From NCBI GenBank assembly GCA_964587325.1, contig CAZPLI010000003.1, positions 1 through 40,905 of the forward strand: a stretch of 40,905 bases of DNA. Direction: 5' to 3'. Position numbers and translations under genes: made by a program. The notes under the pieces are model-generated. The model was not told the DNA's origin. It saw only the letters and a list, made by a program, of their open reading frames with translations, and searched no databases. This document shows, piece by piece, positions 9,286 through 18,696 of this stretch. The number at the start of each line of letters is the position of its first letter. Position 1 is the first letter of the stretch. The stretch is from an uncultured Thermofilaceae archaeon (lineage in GTDB: Archaea; Thermoproteota; Thermoprotei; Thermofilales; JAPDKD01).

Positions 9286-10574
9286 GCTATCACCCTCATT
9301 CTCGCCAGGAAGAAGCCAATTGTCCTATGCACATGGGGGTATAAGCGTCTTACTTTGCTGCTTACAGAGTAGCCTGGATATCCCGGTAGTCCCCACGCTA
9401 TTTCTTCTAGCTCAAAAGCTCCTGTGTTAACAGCTTTAGTTACTATTTCCTCACCTTCCTCAGCCAATAGCGAGCATGTTGAGTACACTATATGTCCTCC
9501 TCTTCTCACCACTTTAGCTGCAGACAGCAACATGGAGAGCTGAACTTCGCTATACCTACGAACATTGGGACGCCTCCATAGAGCGAGCCTCAAACCGGGG
9601 TCTGAGCCTAGAGCACCGCTGTTCGTACAGGGCGCGTCTACGAGCGCGCAGTCAAAGGCTCTTCTTAAGGGCGGTCGTGTAGAGTCCGCGTTAGCTATGT
9701 GGGCTTCATAGCCGAGTTTTGTTTTTAGCCTGACCATCTCGGACAGGCGTTTACGTGATACATCGGCACTAATTATCTCGCTAGCGAACAGCTGGAATAT
9801 GTGTGATGTCTTAATGCCTGGAGCGGCCGCCGCATCGTAAACTAGAGCTTGGGGCTGTGGCTGTAGGGCATGGACTACTATCGCACTACCTTTATCTTCC
9901 ATTAACGCTAACCCCTCCCTAAGCGGCGACAGCGTAGAAAGATTGGCAGGTGGGTTTACGACCTCGTAGAGATACGGGATATCGTGGTCTTTCCTTAATC
10001 TAAGTCCCTCACGTTTGAGCATTTCAACGACCTTTCGCTCAGATGCCTTTAGGGTATTCACTCTGAGCCATACCGTATGCTTCCAGAGGGCTTTCAGTAG
10101 CCTAACCGTCTCCTCTTTCCCTAACATACGGATTAAGTGTTCAACGAGCCAAGGTGGTGTTGAGTACTCAACAGCAAGCTTTTCGTGATAAGGTAGACTG
10201 TCCTTTATGCTGTCTACAGCCTCAAGGTTCCGAGGTGAGAGTAGACGCCACAGTCTTCCTGTTAGTAGTCCGCCCTTTGCTATTTCTAGTTCTTCGCGAG
10301 GTAGTAGGCGGTCCTTAAGTAAGGCGAATGCGACCCTAAACGCGCATTTCCTTCTTAGAGGGATCGTACTAAGGCCCTCTCTTTTAAGTAGCAGGTCAGC
10401 CTCAGGAAAGCGCCTAAGCGCAGCTAAAGCGAAAGTCCTAGCCAGCCTCTTTTCCTCGAGTGTTCTTACTCCAGCCTTAGCGTAACACACACGTAACGCG
10501 GAGTCTAACGACTGCCGCTTACGCTCCACAGTCTCTAATGCTATGGATGCTAGCCTGAACGCTCTAGTGTGCAT
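9282..10574 (-). CDS. NOL1/NOP2/Sun-family RNA cytosine-C5 methyltransferase
   Basis: DAAAAPGIKTSH (SAM motif), DAPCTNSGA and YSTCSLLAEEGE (catalytic Cys motifs). There is a 4-nt overlap with the downstream THUMP gene. Confidence 0.9.
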   Translation of the reverse strand: MHTRAFRLASIALETVERKRQSLDSALRVCYAKAGVRTLEEKRLARTFALAALRRFPEADLLLKREGLSTIPLRRKCAFRVAFALLKDRLLPREELEIAKGGLLTGRLWRLLSPRNLEAVDSIKDSLPYHEKLAVEYSTPPWLVEHLIRMLGKEETVRLLKALWKHTVWLRVNTLKASERKVVEMLKREGLRLRKDHDIPYLYEVVNPPANLSTLSPLREGLALMEDKGSAIVVHALQPQPQALVYDAAAAPGIKTSHIFQLFASEIISADVSRKRLSEMVRLKTKLGYEAHIANADSTRPPLRRAFDCALVDAPCTNSGALGSDPGLRLALWRRPNVRRYSEVQLSMLLSAAKVVRRGGHIVYSTCSLLAEEGEEIVTKAVNTGAFELEEIAWGLPGYPGYSVSSKVRRLYPHVHRTIGFFLARMRVIA

Positions 10575-10651
10575 AATTCAGCCTAGTGCATGTGTGGACT
10601 CATGCAACATATCCTTTTGGTTGAGATAGGCGGGGGGAAGCAAGGGCGCCT

Positions 10652-11257
10652 GTGGGAGAGCTGGGGAAAAAAGTGGCAGTTATTACCGCACTTTTGCTGC
10701 TGTACCATTTGTCTAAGATCTTGTTTATACTCGCCCTCGTAATCACTCCGGTACTGGCTATCAAAAAGAAGATTCTAAAGGTGCGCAAGAGCCGAGAGGC
10801 CAGGCTCACTGTACAGTTCCGGCCTGTAAGTGACAAGGTCGCTGAGAAGAGAGTGGAAGTTCCTCTGCTAAAGCGGGGAGAGAACTACTACGTAAGGCTG
10901 GCCGGTCTCCGCTGGGGTAAAGTGATAACACTAAGAGCTAGGAGCTGTGAAGCGGCATTAAAGCTCGTACAGAAGTTAGCAGAGTTTTCTGAACGTGCAG
11001 GGGTACAAGTCTATGCGTTGCTTGAGGCCCAAAGCCTTGCGAGTGGAAGCCCTGAGGTTACGCTGATAGTAATGTGTAAAGCTCTTACACAGTCTAGAGC
11101 TATGGATAGGCTAGATGCTCTTTGCGATGCGATAGCATCTCATGCTATCATCGAAGGGCTGGCGACACAACTCGGAAGAGGAAGCGAGGAAGAGATGAGA
11201 GCACTATACGCCTGTCTCGTTCACAAGGAAACGTTAAGCGGAGCAAATGCTACTTAG
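10652..11257 (+). CDS. Hypothetical protein with an N-terminal transmembrane anchor
   Basis: Long ORF with a GTG start and a hydrophobic N-terminus (VAVITALLLLYHLSKILFILALVITPVLAI). I recognise no motif. Confidence 0.45.
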   Translation: MGELGKKVAVITALLLLYHLSKILFILALVITPVLAIKKKILKVRKSREARLTVQFRPVSDKVAEKRVEVPLLKRGENYYVRLAGLRWGKVITLRARSCEAALKLVQKLAEFSERAGVQVYALLEAQSLASGSPEVTLIVMCKALTQSRAMDRLDALCDAIASHAIIEGLATQLGRGSEEEMRALYACLVHKETLSGANAT

Positions 11258-11303
11258 AGAGCATGAGCGCAAAGATATACGCAAATCTGCTGATAGATTC
11301 TTG

Positions 11304-11771
11304 ATGAGTAAGAAGTCCGTCATTATACTCAGCGACGAAAGGGTAGCGGAAGCTCTGAGTGATTCGTCTAGAGTAAGCTTACTGTTGTTATTATCAGAAA
11401 GACAGCGCGCAACAATACAGGATCTAGCTCGTGTCGTAGGCAAACACAGAAGTACTGTCAGTAGGCATATGTCTAAACTTTTGGAGGCCGGTCTCGTTGA
11501 ACGGACCTTGCGAGGAGATACGTACGAGTACTATCTTACAGACAAAGGGACAGCCATCGTGAACGAAATCAAGAGTAAACACTTAGCTGTTCTAACTAGC
11601 AAGTCACGGTCTCCGCCTGGAGTTATTGCACTAATGAGCTTAGGGGCAGGAGCGCTAGTTTCACTAGTACCGGTCAAGATTCACGCAATAACAAGGTTGA
11701 TACTTGCTAGTTTCGTAGCTGTGCTAATCTACTTTATTATGACTAGGCTCTGGAGAGAAGTGAGACACTAA
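11304..11771 (+). CDS. ArsR-like winged-HTH protein with a C-terminal transmembrane region
   Basis: RVSLLLLLSERQRATIQDLARVVGKHRSTVSRHMSKLLEAGLVER is a wHTH. The C-terminal stretches GVIALMSLGAGALVSLV and LILASFVAVLIYFIMT are hydrophobic. I prefer the ATG at 11304 over the ORF-track start at 11247. Confidence 0.65.
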   Translation: MSKKSVIILSDERVAEALSDSSRVSLLLLLSERQRATIQDLARVVGKHRSTVSRHMSKLLEAGLVERTLRGDTYEYYLTDKGTAIVNEIKSKHLAVLTSKSRSPPGVIALMSLGAGALVSLVPVKIHAITRLILASFVAVLIYFIMTRLWREVRH

Positions 11772-11847
11772 GAGGTGGAAATGTGAGTATAACGGAGCAG
11801 TATTTATACATGCTTTTGTGACTGTGTGTGGGTAGTGGTGACGATGC

Positions 11848-12153
11848 TTGAGAGGTAAACTGGTGCTCGCGGCCATTCTATGCATTATAGGCATTATACT
11901 CTATTGGACACCCATTAAAGTGGATACTGGCGAGTTTAGCATCGTGCTTGGAGGGTATCCGTGGGTAGCAATGGAGAAGGGTAGGGATCCCGGACCCTGG
12001 ATGATGATAGGATACGTAGTCACTGCTGCTTTCTCTGCGCTGGCACTAGTCTCCCTTTTCTTAGCTTGGAGAATGCCGGAGGAAGGGCGTGAAGAGGTCT
12101 ACGAGGAGGAAGAGGAGACCGTAACATACGAGGAGGAGATCTATGAGTTCTAA
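11848..12153 (+). CDS. Small membrane protein with an acidic C-terminal tail
   Basis: Two hydrophobic helices and an EEVYEEEEETVTYEEEIYEF tail. TTG start. A TATA-like GTATTTATAC lies about 40 nt upstream. Confidence 0.4.
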   Translation: MRGKLVLAAILCIIGIILYWTPIKVDTGEFSIVLGGYPWVAMEKGRDPGPWMMIGYVVTAAFSALALVSLFLAWRMPEEGREEVYEEEEETVTYEEEIYEF

Positions 12154-13210
12154 AGGCGTTATATGGCTTGAGGCGCTTACACCTAAGCAGGCCCTGCTCT
12201 TTGCTACATTAGCATCTGAGCTTGAGAAGAAAAGGGTCTTCACCTGCGTAATTTCTACGAGAGAGTACGAGCTAACAACGGGGGTTCTGGAACTGTTCCA
12301 TACTCGTTACATCGCTATTGGGAGCTATGGTGGTGGGACTCTTGAGGGCAAGCTAAGGGCGTCGATTGAGAGACAAGTTGAGCTCTTTAACTGGATTATA
12401 CAGAGTGCGTGGAGGCCTAGAGTGCACGTAGCATTTACATCTCCCGATTCAAGCCGGGTGGCTTTTGGTTTAGGTATACCCATAGTTGAGGTTACGGACT
12501 CTCCCCACTCCGAGAAAGTTAATAGGCTAACTCTGCCGCTAGCTGACCGGGTAGTAGCGCCGCTATGCGTGGCAGAGGGAGTGTCCAAATTTCTTCCTAC
12601 AAAGAGTGTCCTCAGAACATTTGACGGAGTCTTTGAGGTAGCTTGGGTCAAAAGGCTTAGGCCAAAGGTAGATGTCATAAAGGCACTAGGCCTTAGCCCT
12701 ATGGAATACTATATTGTCAGACTGCCCGAGACTAAGGCAGCTTACTACTCATTCAATGCAAGACTTGAGGAATACATTAAACTCATCAAAAAGTTAAGCA
12801 GTACACTGAAAGTGGTGATTTACCCTCGTTATCAAGAGCAGCGTGCTCTAGCAAGAGAACTAGCGCGACGGGAGAGAGGAGTAATACTGCTGGAGCGAGC
12901 AGTTGATATGTTAAGTCTGGAGTACTATGCAGTATTCGTGCTCACAGGGGGGTCAACGATTGCTCAAGAGGCCGCACTTCTGGGAACCCCTGCGGTTGTT
13001 ACATTTCCTCGGGAATTACCTACCGTACGCTTCTTGTCTCAGAGAGGTTTTCCCATATACCATGAGCCTTGTGCGTTTCTGGACCTCTGCCTAAGCATAG
13101 CCAAGGACCCAGACTCCTTTAGAGGGAAGTCTCAAGAACTCTTGAAGAAGGTTGAAGACCCTCTACCTGTCCTCGAGCAATGTATAATTGAGCTTGCTGG
13201 GTCGTGTTAG
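12143..13210 (+). CDS. DUF354 family protein (COG1817, GT-B/epimerase-like fold)
   Basis: VIWLEALTPKQALLF, RVAFGLGIPIVEVTDSPHSEKVNRLTLPLADRVV and GGSTIAQEAALLGTPAV match the conserved DUF354 layout as I recall it. Confidence 0.6.
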   Translation: MSSKGVIWLEALTPKQALLFATLASELEKKRVFTCVISTREYELTTGVLELFHTRYIAIGSYGGGTLEGKLRASIERQVELFNWIIQSAWRPRVHVAFTSPDSSRVAFGLGIPIVEVTDSPHSEKVNRLTLPLADRVVAPLCVAEGVSKFLPTKSVLRTFDGVFEVAWVKRLRPKVDVIKALGLSPMEYYIVRLPETKAAYYSFNARLEEYIKLIKKLSSTLKVVIYPRYQEQRALARELARRERGVILLERAVDMLSLEYYAVFVLTGGSTIAQEAALLGTPAVVTFPRELPTVRFLSQRGFPIYHEPCAFLDLCLSIAKDPDSFRGKSQELLKKVEDPLPVLEQCIIELAGSC

Positions 13211-13216
13211 AGAAAA

Positions 13217-13224
13217 GTATTTAT
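13217..13224 (+). promoter_or_regulatory. TATA-like box upstream of the P1 gene
   Basis: GTATTTAT lies about 34-41 nt upstream of the ATG at 13258. A GGGGGTG SD-like element sits between them. Confidence 0.4.
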
Positions 13225-13257
13225 CGCTAGGAGCGTGAAGGGGCGGGGGTGCACTAA

Positions 13258-13575
13258 ATGGAGTACGTGTACGCGAGCTTACTCCTACACCATGCGGGAC
13301 AGCCAATTACTGAGGAGAAGGTGAAAGCGATACTTGAAGCTGCAGGCATACAGGTCGATGAAGTAAGGGTAAAAGCTCTCGTAGCAGCCCTAAAAGAGAT
13401 TAACATCGAGGAGGCAATCAAGAGCGCCGCGCTTCCTGTAGCTGCGGCACCGGCAGCTGCACCCTCAGCGGCCCCGGCTGAGCCTACTGAGGAGAAGAAG
13501 GAGGAAGAAGAGGAGAAGAAGGAAGAGGAAGGCGAGGAAACCATCGCAGAAGGTCTATCAGCGCTGTTCGGCTAA
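13258..13575 (+). CDS. rpl12: 50S ribosomal stalk protein P1 (aL12)
   Basis: [15 protein letters not shown]-terminus, Ala/Pro hinge, acidic [14 protein letters not shown] stretch and the conserved C-terminal EGLSALFG. Confidence 0.95.
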   Translation: MEYVYASLLLHHAGQPITEEKVKAILEAAGIQVDEVRVKALVAALKEINIEEAIKSAALPVAAAPAAAPSAAPAEPTEEKKEEEEEKKEEEGEETIAEGLSALFG

Positions 13576-14310
13576 CCTTTCTCTAAGTATATCGTACAGT
13601 ACCCGCGGCTGCCGCGTGTAAAGACGGTACCTTACGACGCCTCCGGTAGGTTGTTGAGCACTTTTTAGCTCGATTTCGACGAAGTTTCTCTTCTCATTAA
13701 TGCTTACCTTAGCGTCCGTAAGGGGGAACTTGATAGGTGTTCTCTCGTCGAGAATGAGACCTCTATCTGTCACTACATAAGATTGTGGTACCATTAGCAT
13801 ACCGCCGTACTTCCTCTGCACAACTTTGCTAGCTACCATGGATGATAATGATACCACGTAGAAGAGGGAATAGAACGTAAGGTAGGCTATGAAGCGGGCC
13901 AAATGCTTGTCGTGTGCTAAATCACCGAAGAGGCCTTCTAGCGAGCCTATAATCGTGTCGCGTATACCTGGAATAAATATGAGTGCTAGCACGAGTATCA
14001 TCGGTAAGAAGTATATTGCCATGAATGTGCTTTGGCCGCGTAGCTCCCTAGAGAGTTCTTCAGCATCTAGTATCTTAAGCTTATTTATGGTCTCCTTACG
14101 GGCACTGAAAAGCCGTTTTCCCTTCGATATGTACTCAATGTCACGTACCATTCGTGCGGCACTTTTCCCTGTTAGCAGGAAGGTGATGCCTAATACCGCG
14201 ACTATGTAGACGAGGAACAGCGTAGATAGCATCTGAGGATAGTAAGAGGTCATATAGGCAAACAGTACCATTAAGGCAATGCCAATGGCGTAGGTCAGGT
14301 ACGTCCTCAT
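13558..14310 (-). CDS. Membrane protein, possibly with a bacterial-PH-like (bPH/DUF304-like) C-terminal domain
   Basis: It has 4-5 hydrophobic helices. The soluble C-terminal segment [20 protein letters not shown] is only a weak resemblance. Confidence 0.4.
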   Translation of the reverse strand: MRTYLTYAIGIALMVLFAYMTSYYPQMLSTLFLVYIVAVLGITFLLTGKSAARMVRDIEYISKGKRLFSARKETINKLKILDAEELSRELRGQSTFMAIYFLPMILVLALIFIPGIRDTIIGSLEGLFGDLAHDKHLARFIAYLTFYSLFYVVSLSSMVASKVVQRKYGGMLMVPQSYVVTDRGLILDERTPIKFPLTDAKVSINEKRNFVEIELKSAQQPTGGVVRYRLYTRQPRVLYDILRERLAEQR

Positions 14311-14340
14311 AGTCCTAACCTCGCCTATCCCTCTACCGGC

Positions 14341-17169
14341 TTACTTATCACTTTGCCTTGCAGGGACCTTGCTCTTAGTAGGAGTGTCGGTCCAAAATCT
14401 TCGTGTACGAGCATAAGCCTCCTCAGCTTTGATGACTTCTTTAATCAGGTCTTCTTCGCTCAGACATCTACTGAGAATTCTGGCAGCTGTTTGTGGCCCT
14501 ACACCGCGTCCTGCAAGTACTAGGAGTGCGCGTTTTCCGTAATGTGAAAATAGTTTCGCTGAGAGTACGGCACGTTGGAGAAGACGGGTCTCGCCATCTG
14601 ATAACTTTCTCCCTTCCTTCTTTTTCCTCAGCACGAGATAAGTGTCCTCGTCCCATGGACTTAAGACAGCTATGAGTCTGGACCCGCATATCGGGCAGAG
14701 GGGTTTGCCTTCATATTCGCCTACTTTAACTTCGCGTGACCAGGCTAAGCAGTGGAGACATAGGAGGCGAACTTTTGTTGAAAATAAACGTTCGCGCACT
14801 ATGCGTATCAGGGCTGCTGTAGGTATTGGAGGTATTACATATCCGCCCTTAGTGGCAGTCAGCATTAATGCTTCAGCAAAAGGTGATGGAACAGCTCGCT
14901 TAATGAGTCTTACATGTACGCGTCCCGTCTCGAGGTCTTGGAGTAGACGTTTAAGACCCTCTAGGTCAAGCCTGTAAAATAGGACTTCTCTTAGGGCTTC
15001 CTCTCCTACAGGAGTGTTCTTAAGCATCTCTAAGAGGGGTCTGGGTACTCGCTTAACTTCGGGGCTTAGTATGCCGAATCGTCGAGCTACATGTAGTATC
15101 CGCTGTCTGAAAAGTCCCGAGCGTTCGACAGCCTCCTCCACTAAGTCTAGTAGCTTGGTATTGAGATACGACAGCAAGAGGTTACTTCTAAGCTTGAGAG
15201 GGGCTATTAGAATTACACCGTACGGAGTAGCCCTAAATCTGACGGTGATGCCCAGGGACCGAGATATTGCGTGAGACAGTAATAGTCCGAGTGCGTAGTT
15301 CGCGTTGGTCCCTATATGAGCGTGGATAACAGTTATTCTACCTAAGACTTCTATCAGAACGGTTTTGTCTGATGGCACTATCCTGCAGGCCCCTATTTGG
15401 CTCTTTATGAAGTCCTTAATCTCCTCCAAATAGGCGGAGAGACCGTACTCTTCAGCTATTTTCCTGAAAGTGTCCGGATCGTTGGAGGTTAAAGCACAGG
15501 CAAGTCTTCTCTTTAGTGCTCCAATCTCTCGCGCAACCCAGTACGATACGGGTATGTCTTCTCCTACCCAAGCTGGGACGACGGCTTCACCTGTAGCCGG
15601 CTTAACGTTAATGACTGACTCCTCGTAGTCTATCGACTCAACTCTCCATGGCCTACCCCCGAGCACGAAATAGTCGCCTGACTCGAGATTTGCCGCCACG
15701 AAGGTTTCATCCAAGGATCCAACTACCTTTCGCTTAGACAGGTCAAACACCTTAAGTCTTGAAGTCTGAGGTATCATGCTTACATTTTCGAAATAATACT
15801 TGATAGAGCCCTTACGGGGCCTTAGCACCTCGTCACTTGTGACTCTAAGTAGCCCTATTTGATCGAGGAAGCGCGCTAGCCGGAAGAGGTCGCCCAGAGT
15901 CAGGCCTCTAAAGGGATAAGACCTAGTTATAATATTCCACGCATCTTTTAGGGAGATGCCGTCCTTAGCTTCTAATGCCATGCCTACTAGCTGGTGAGCT
16001 AGTACGTCCAGTGCTTTCTCGTAGACTTTGGTACGCTCCAAGTCTCCCCTCAGTACTCTGGTACTAATTACAGCTGATTCCAAGAGGTCCTGGATATCAC
16101 TGCACATAATTATTCCCTTAGCTTCACGTCCCGGGCTGTGTCCCGAGCGGCCTACTCTTTGGGCGAGTCTGATCGCCTGGCGTGGTGACATGTACTGCAC
16201 TACGAGGTCCACCTTACCAATATCGACCCCTAATTCTAGCGAGGACGTACACACAAGCGTTCTCACAGCTCCTTTCTTGAAGGCCGATTCTGACTCGAGC
16301 CTCTCGCTCTTCTCGAGAGAGCCGTGATGAACCCTCACTAGGGCTCCGAGCGCTTCGGAGAGCCTAGAGCCCAGCAGTTCTGCGGTGTCACGAGTATTTG
16401 TGAATAAAAGTATAGAGCCTTTATGTTTCTCTATGAGTTTGGTTAAAGCCTCTAGTCTTTTTTCAGGTGAGTCCAAGTAACGTATAGTGATTGCATAGGG
16501 CCGAGGTACGCGTACTTCTACTATTTCCACGTGTCTGCCACAAGCCAGAAATTCTGCGGCTAATATTGGCTTCTCGATGGTTGCACTTAACCCTACCCTC
16601 TGGAGTCTTCTCCCTGCGAGTTTTTCTAGTCTCTCTAAGCCTAGCGCTAGCTGAACGCCGCGCTTACTATCTAAGAGCTCGTGTACCTCGTCGACTACTA
16701 CATACTTTACGTGTTTGAGAATGTGCCTAAGCTTAGGTCCTACGAGCATTATCTGGAGCGTCTCAGGCGTCGTGATTAAAATGTCGGGAGCCTCTGTAAC
16801 CATTTTTCTTCTCAGTGACTGGGGAGTATCACTATGGCGAACGGCCACGCTTAAGCCTACAAAGCTAGCTAACTTCTCGATTCTCTCCAAAATATCTCTG
16901 TTAAGCGCTCTTAGAGGGGTCACGTACACTAGTTTAACTCCGCGATTTGATCTCTCGTGCCGTATTATCATGTCGATTAAAGGCAGCATTGCGGCTTCGG
17001 TCTTCCCCCACCCTGTAGGAGCTACTATGAGGACATTGTACCCCTTAAGCACCAGTGGTATCGCCCTTTCTTGAACTGGCGTTGGAGATGAATACCCAAG
17101 CCTAGCTAATGCAGACCTTAAATCGGGGTGGAGTTGGTCGAATACTGAAGCGCTGCGAGCTTGCGTCAT
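14341..17169 (-). CDS. lhr: Lhr-like large SF2 ATP-dependent helicase
   Basis: APTGWGKT (motif I), VVDEVHELLD (II), LSATI (III), VHHGSL, CTSSLELGVDIG, QRVGRSGH (VI). The C-terminal extension contains a CLHC...CPICG zinc ribbon. 942 aa. Confidence 0.85.
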   Translation of the reverse strand: MTQARSASVFDQLHPDLRSALARLGYSSPTPVQERAIPLVLKGYNVLIVAPTGWGKTEAAMLPLIDMIIRHERSNRGVKLVYVTPLRALNRDILERIEKLASFVGLSVAVRHSDTPQSLRRKMVTEAPDILITTPETLQIMLVGPKLRHILKHVKYVVVDEVHELLDSKRGVQLALGLERLEKLAGRRLQRVGLSATIEKPILAAEFLACGRHVEIVEVRVPRPYAITIRYLDSPEKRLEALTKLIEKHKGSILLFTNTRDTAELLGSRLSEALGALVRVHHGSLEKSERLESESAFKKGAVRTLVCTSSLELGVDIGKVDLVVQYMSPRQAIRLAQRVGRSGHSPGREAKGIIMCSDIQDLLESAVISTRVLRGDLERTKVYEKALDVLAHQLVGMALEAKDGISLKDAWNIITRSYPFRGLTLGDLFRLARFLDQIGLLRVTSDEVLRPRKGSIKYYFENVSMIPQTSRLKVFDLSKRKVVGSLDETFVAANLESGDYFVLGGRPWRVESIDYEESVINVKPATGEAVVPAWVGEDIPVSYWVAREIGALKRRLACALTSNDPDTFRKIAEEYGLSAYLEEIKDFIKSQIGACRIVPSDKTVLIEVLGRITVIHAHIGTNANYALGLLLSHAISRSLGITVRFRATPYGVILIAPLKLRSNLLLSYLNTKLLDLVEEAVERSGLFRQRILHVARRFGILSPEVKRVPRPLLEMLKNTPVGEEALREVLFYRLDLEGLKRLLQDLETGRVHVRLIKRAVPSPFAEALMLTATKGGYVIPPIPTAALIRIVRERLFSTKVRLLCLHCLAWSREVKVGEYEGKPLCPICGSRLIAVLSPWDEDTYLVLRKKKEGRKLSDGETRLLQRAVLSAKLFSHYGKRALLVLAGRGVGPQTAARILSRCLSEEDLIKEVIKAEEAYARTRRFWTDTPTKSKVPARQSDK

Positions 17170-17243
17170 AGTCTGTCACTAAGCCCAGGGTTTGTAAATA
17201 AGCACAGCTACTTATCTACTAAGTTAATATCCAGTCGGGGAAC

Positions 17244-17552
17244 GTGAGAAGTTTAATACTGCTGGCATTGCTAGCAGTGCTCCTAGTCCTAATTGCAAAG
17301 GGGGCGCTAAGAGAGTACGTAAACTGGTGTCGCGAGAGAGCCGAGACCTTAGTAGGGCCTCTTAAAGACTATCTCACTCTGGTACTAGAGCATCCAGAGA
17401 GTGCCAATAAAACTAAGTTCGAGTTGCTAAGGGCTACTGAGGAGTTTGTATCAACACTCCTAAGCGACGTAACACTAGTCATATTACTCTTGATAGCTAT
17501 CGCGCTGACGCTTGGCGCCCTTCACGACCTAATTTCAGCAATGTCGGACTAA
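17244..17552 (+). CDS. Small hypothetical membrane protein
   Basis: N- and C-terminal hydrophobic helices. GTG start. Confidence 0.35.
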   Translation: MRSLILLALLAVLLVLIAKGALREYVNWCRERAETLVGPLKDYLTLVLEHPESANKTKFELLRATEEFVSTLLSDVTLVILLLIAIALTLGALHDLISAMSD

Positions 17553-17693
17553 ATTAGGAGAAGATTGACCGTCTATCTAATTAGCCTCAATAGACCTACT
17601 CTGTTCGAAGCGAACACGTTTTATACCTTACCAAAAAGGCGTGAACGTGTGCTGTGGTAATGGTTGTTACGCACAAAGAATGAGGTGTCATAG

Positions 17694-18590
17694 ATGGGAA
17701 GTAACTCGAAGGATACAGGGCCGATAACCATAGACCCCGAGACGGTCTACTCGATACTAGGCAATCCCAACAAGCGTAACATTATTATCTTCCTAGGTGA
17801 ACGAGGAGTTGCTACCTTTACTGAAATGAGGAAAAATCTGAGAATAAGCGTAGGTAATCTATATTATAATCTCGATGGATTAAAAGACTTCATAACAAAG
17901 GACGAAAAAAGACGTTACATGCTTACGGAGAGAGGTAAAAAACTCTACCAAATACTGAGAGAAGAGGCTTCCCGTATAGATCATGCGATAAGACCCAAAG
18001 GACATCTATACTCTCTTTTCGATAAAGTGATACGTCCCATAATTCTGCCTGAGCGATTGTTCATTTCCATGTATAGAAACAAAGTATTGTCATCTATATT
18101 CTTCATATCAGTATCAATCCTGGCTATATTATCCGCTACTTTTGGTAGATTCGAACTCTTACTATTAGAATATGGCGATAGCCCGGTAAACACTCCTCCA
18201 ATATATTTGGGAGGGTTCTTAGTACCTGTGGAAATATGGCTAGTAGCGAAGGTCTATCTAAGCTGGATACTAATCACAATACTCCTTGAGGCCCTATGCA
18301 GAATAATGGGGATAAGAGAGTTCAGAATTGAGTTCGCCGTTGCCACGTTTCTGTCCTATGCGCCTATACTCGCTTACCCGATACTTTACCGCTTTATCGT
18401 TACTGCGCTCACAGCATTAACTGTCGAGCAGCAGTTAATGCTGAGCCTGCTCTTCAGGCTAATGCAAGCCTTTACTCTAGGTTTTCTAACAGCAGCTATA
18501 TCAGTGTTTAAGCGTATGACTCCTGATAAAGCATTTATATTGGTGTTCGTTCTGTTCTATGTAAGCTATTTAATCGAAATACTCCTCTAG
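17694..18590 (+). CDS. Winged-HTH domain fused to a polytopic membrane domain
   Basis: The N-terminus YSILGNPNKRNIIIFLGERGVATFTEMRKNLRISVGNLYYNLDGLKDFI is ArsR-like. About 5-6 hydrophobic helices follow. The coding sequence is AT-rich. Confidence 0.55.
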   Translation: MGSNSKDTGPITIDPETVYSILGNPNKRNIIIFLGERGVATFTEMRKNLRISVGNLYYNLDGLKDFITKDEKRRYMLTERGKKLYQILREEASRIDHAIRPKGHLYSLFDKVIRPIILPERLFISMYRNKVLSSIFFISVSILAILSATFGRFELLLLEYGDSPVNTPPIYLGGFLVPVEIWLVAKVYLSWILITILLEALCRIMGIREFRIEFAVATFLSYAPILAYPILYRFIVTALTALTVEQQLMLSLLFRLMQAFTLGFLTAAISVFKRMTPDKAFILVFVLFYVSYLIEILL

Positions 18591-18696
18591 TTTATTATTG
18601 CATATTTTCCATCTGCTGATTGAAATACAAGCAAGAGTAACTCAAGCATCGTGTTAGGTTAATGAGGAGCCGGTCCAATGCATGTGTTAGGGTGTA

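Noticed and set aside
12001-12007. Canonical C-box strings (AUGAUGA at 12001, GUGAUGA at 20987, UGAUGA at 6318, 11303 and 33787) might mark further C/D sRNAs.
   Set aside because: All lie inside coding sequence or at start codons. None has a D or D' box at the required 12-nt spacing, and none has a terminal stem.
13254-13544. Antisense ORF opposite the P1 gene, along with similar long antisense or alternate-frame ORFs (for example 4522-4866, 12325-12678, 16715-17074, 24252-24659, 26227-26688, 34191-34697).
   Set aside because: All lie inside well-supported genes on the other strand or in another frame. They have Ser/Arg/Thr/Ala-rich low-complexity translations and no recognisable motifs, which is typical of shadow ORFs in moderately GC-rich coding DNA.
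13490-13545. A purine-rich GAAGAAGGAGGAAGAAGAGGAG low-complexity repeat.
   Set aside because: It encodes the conserved acidic Glu/Lys hinge of ribosomal protein P1. It is not a regulatory or CRISPR-like repeat.
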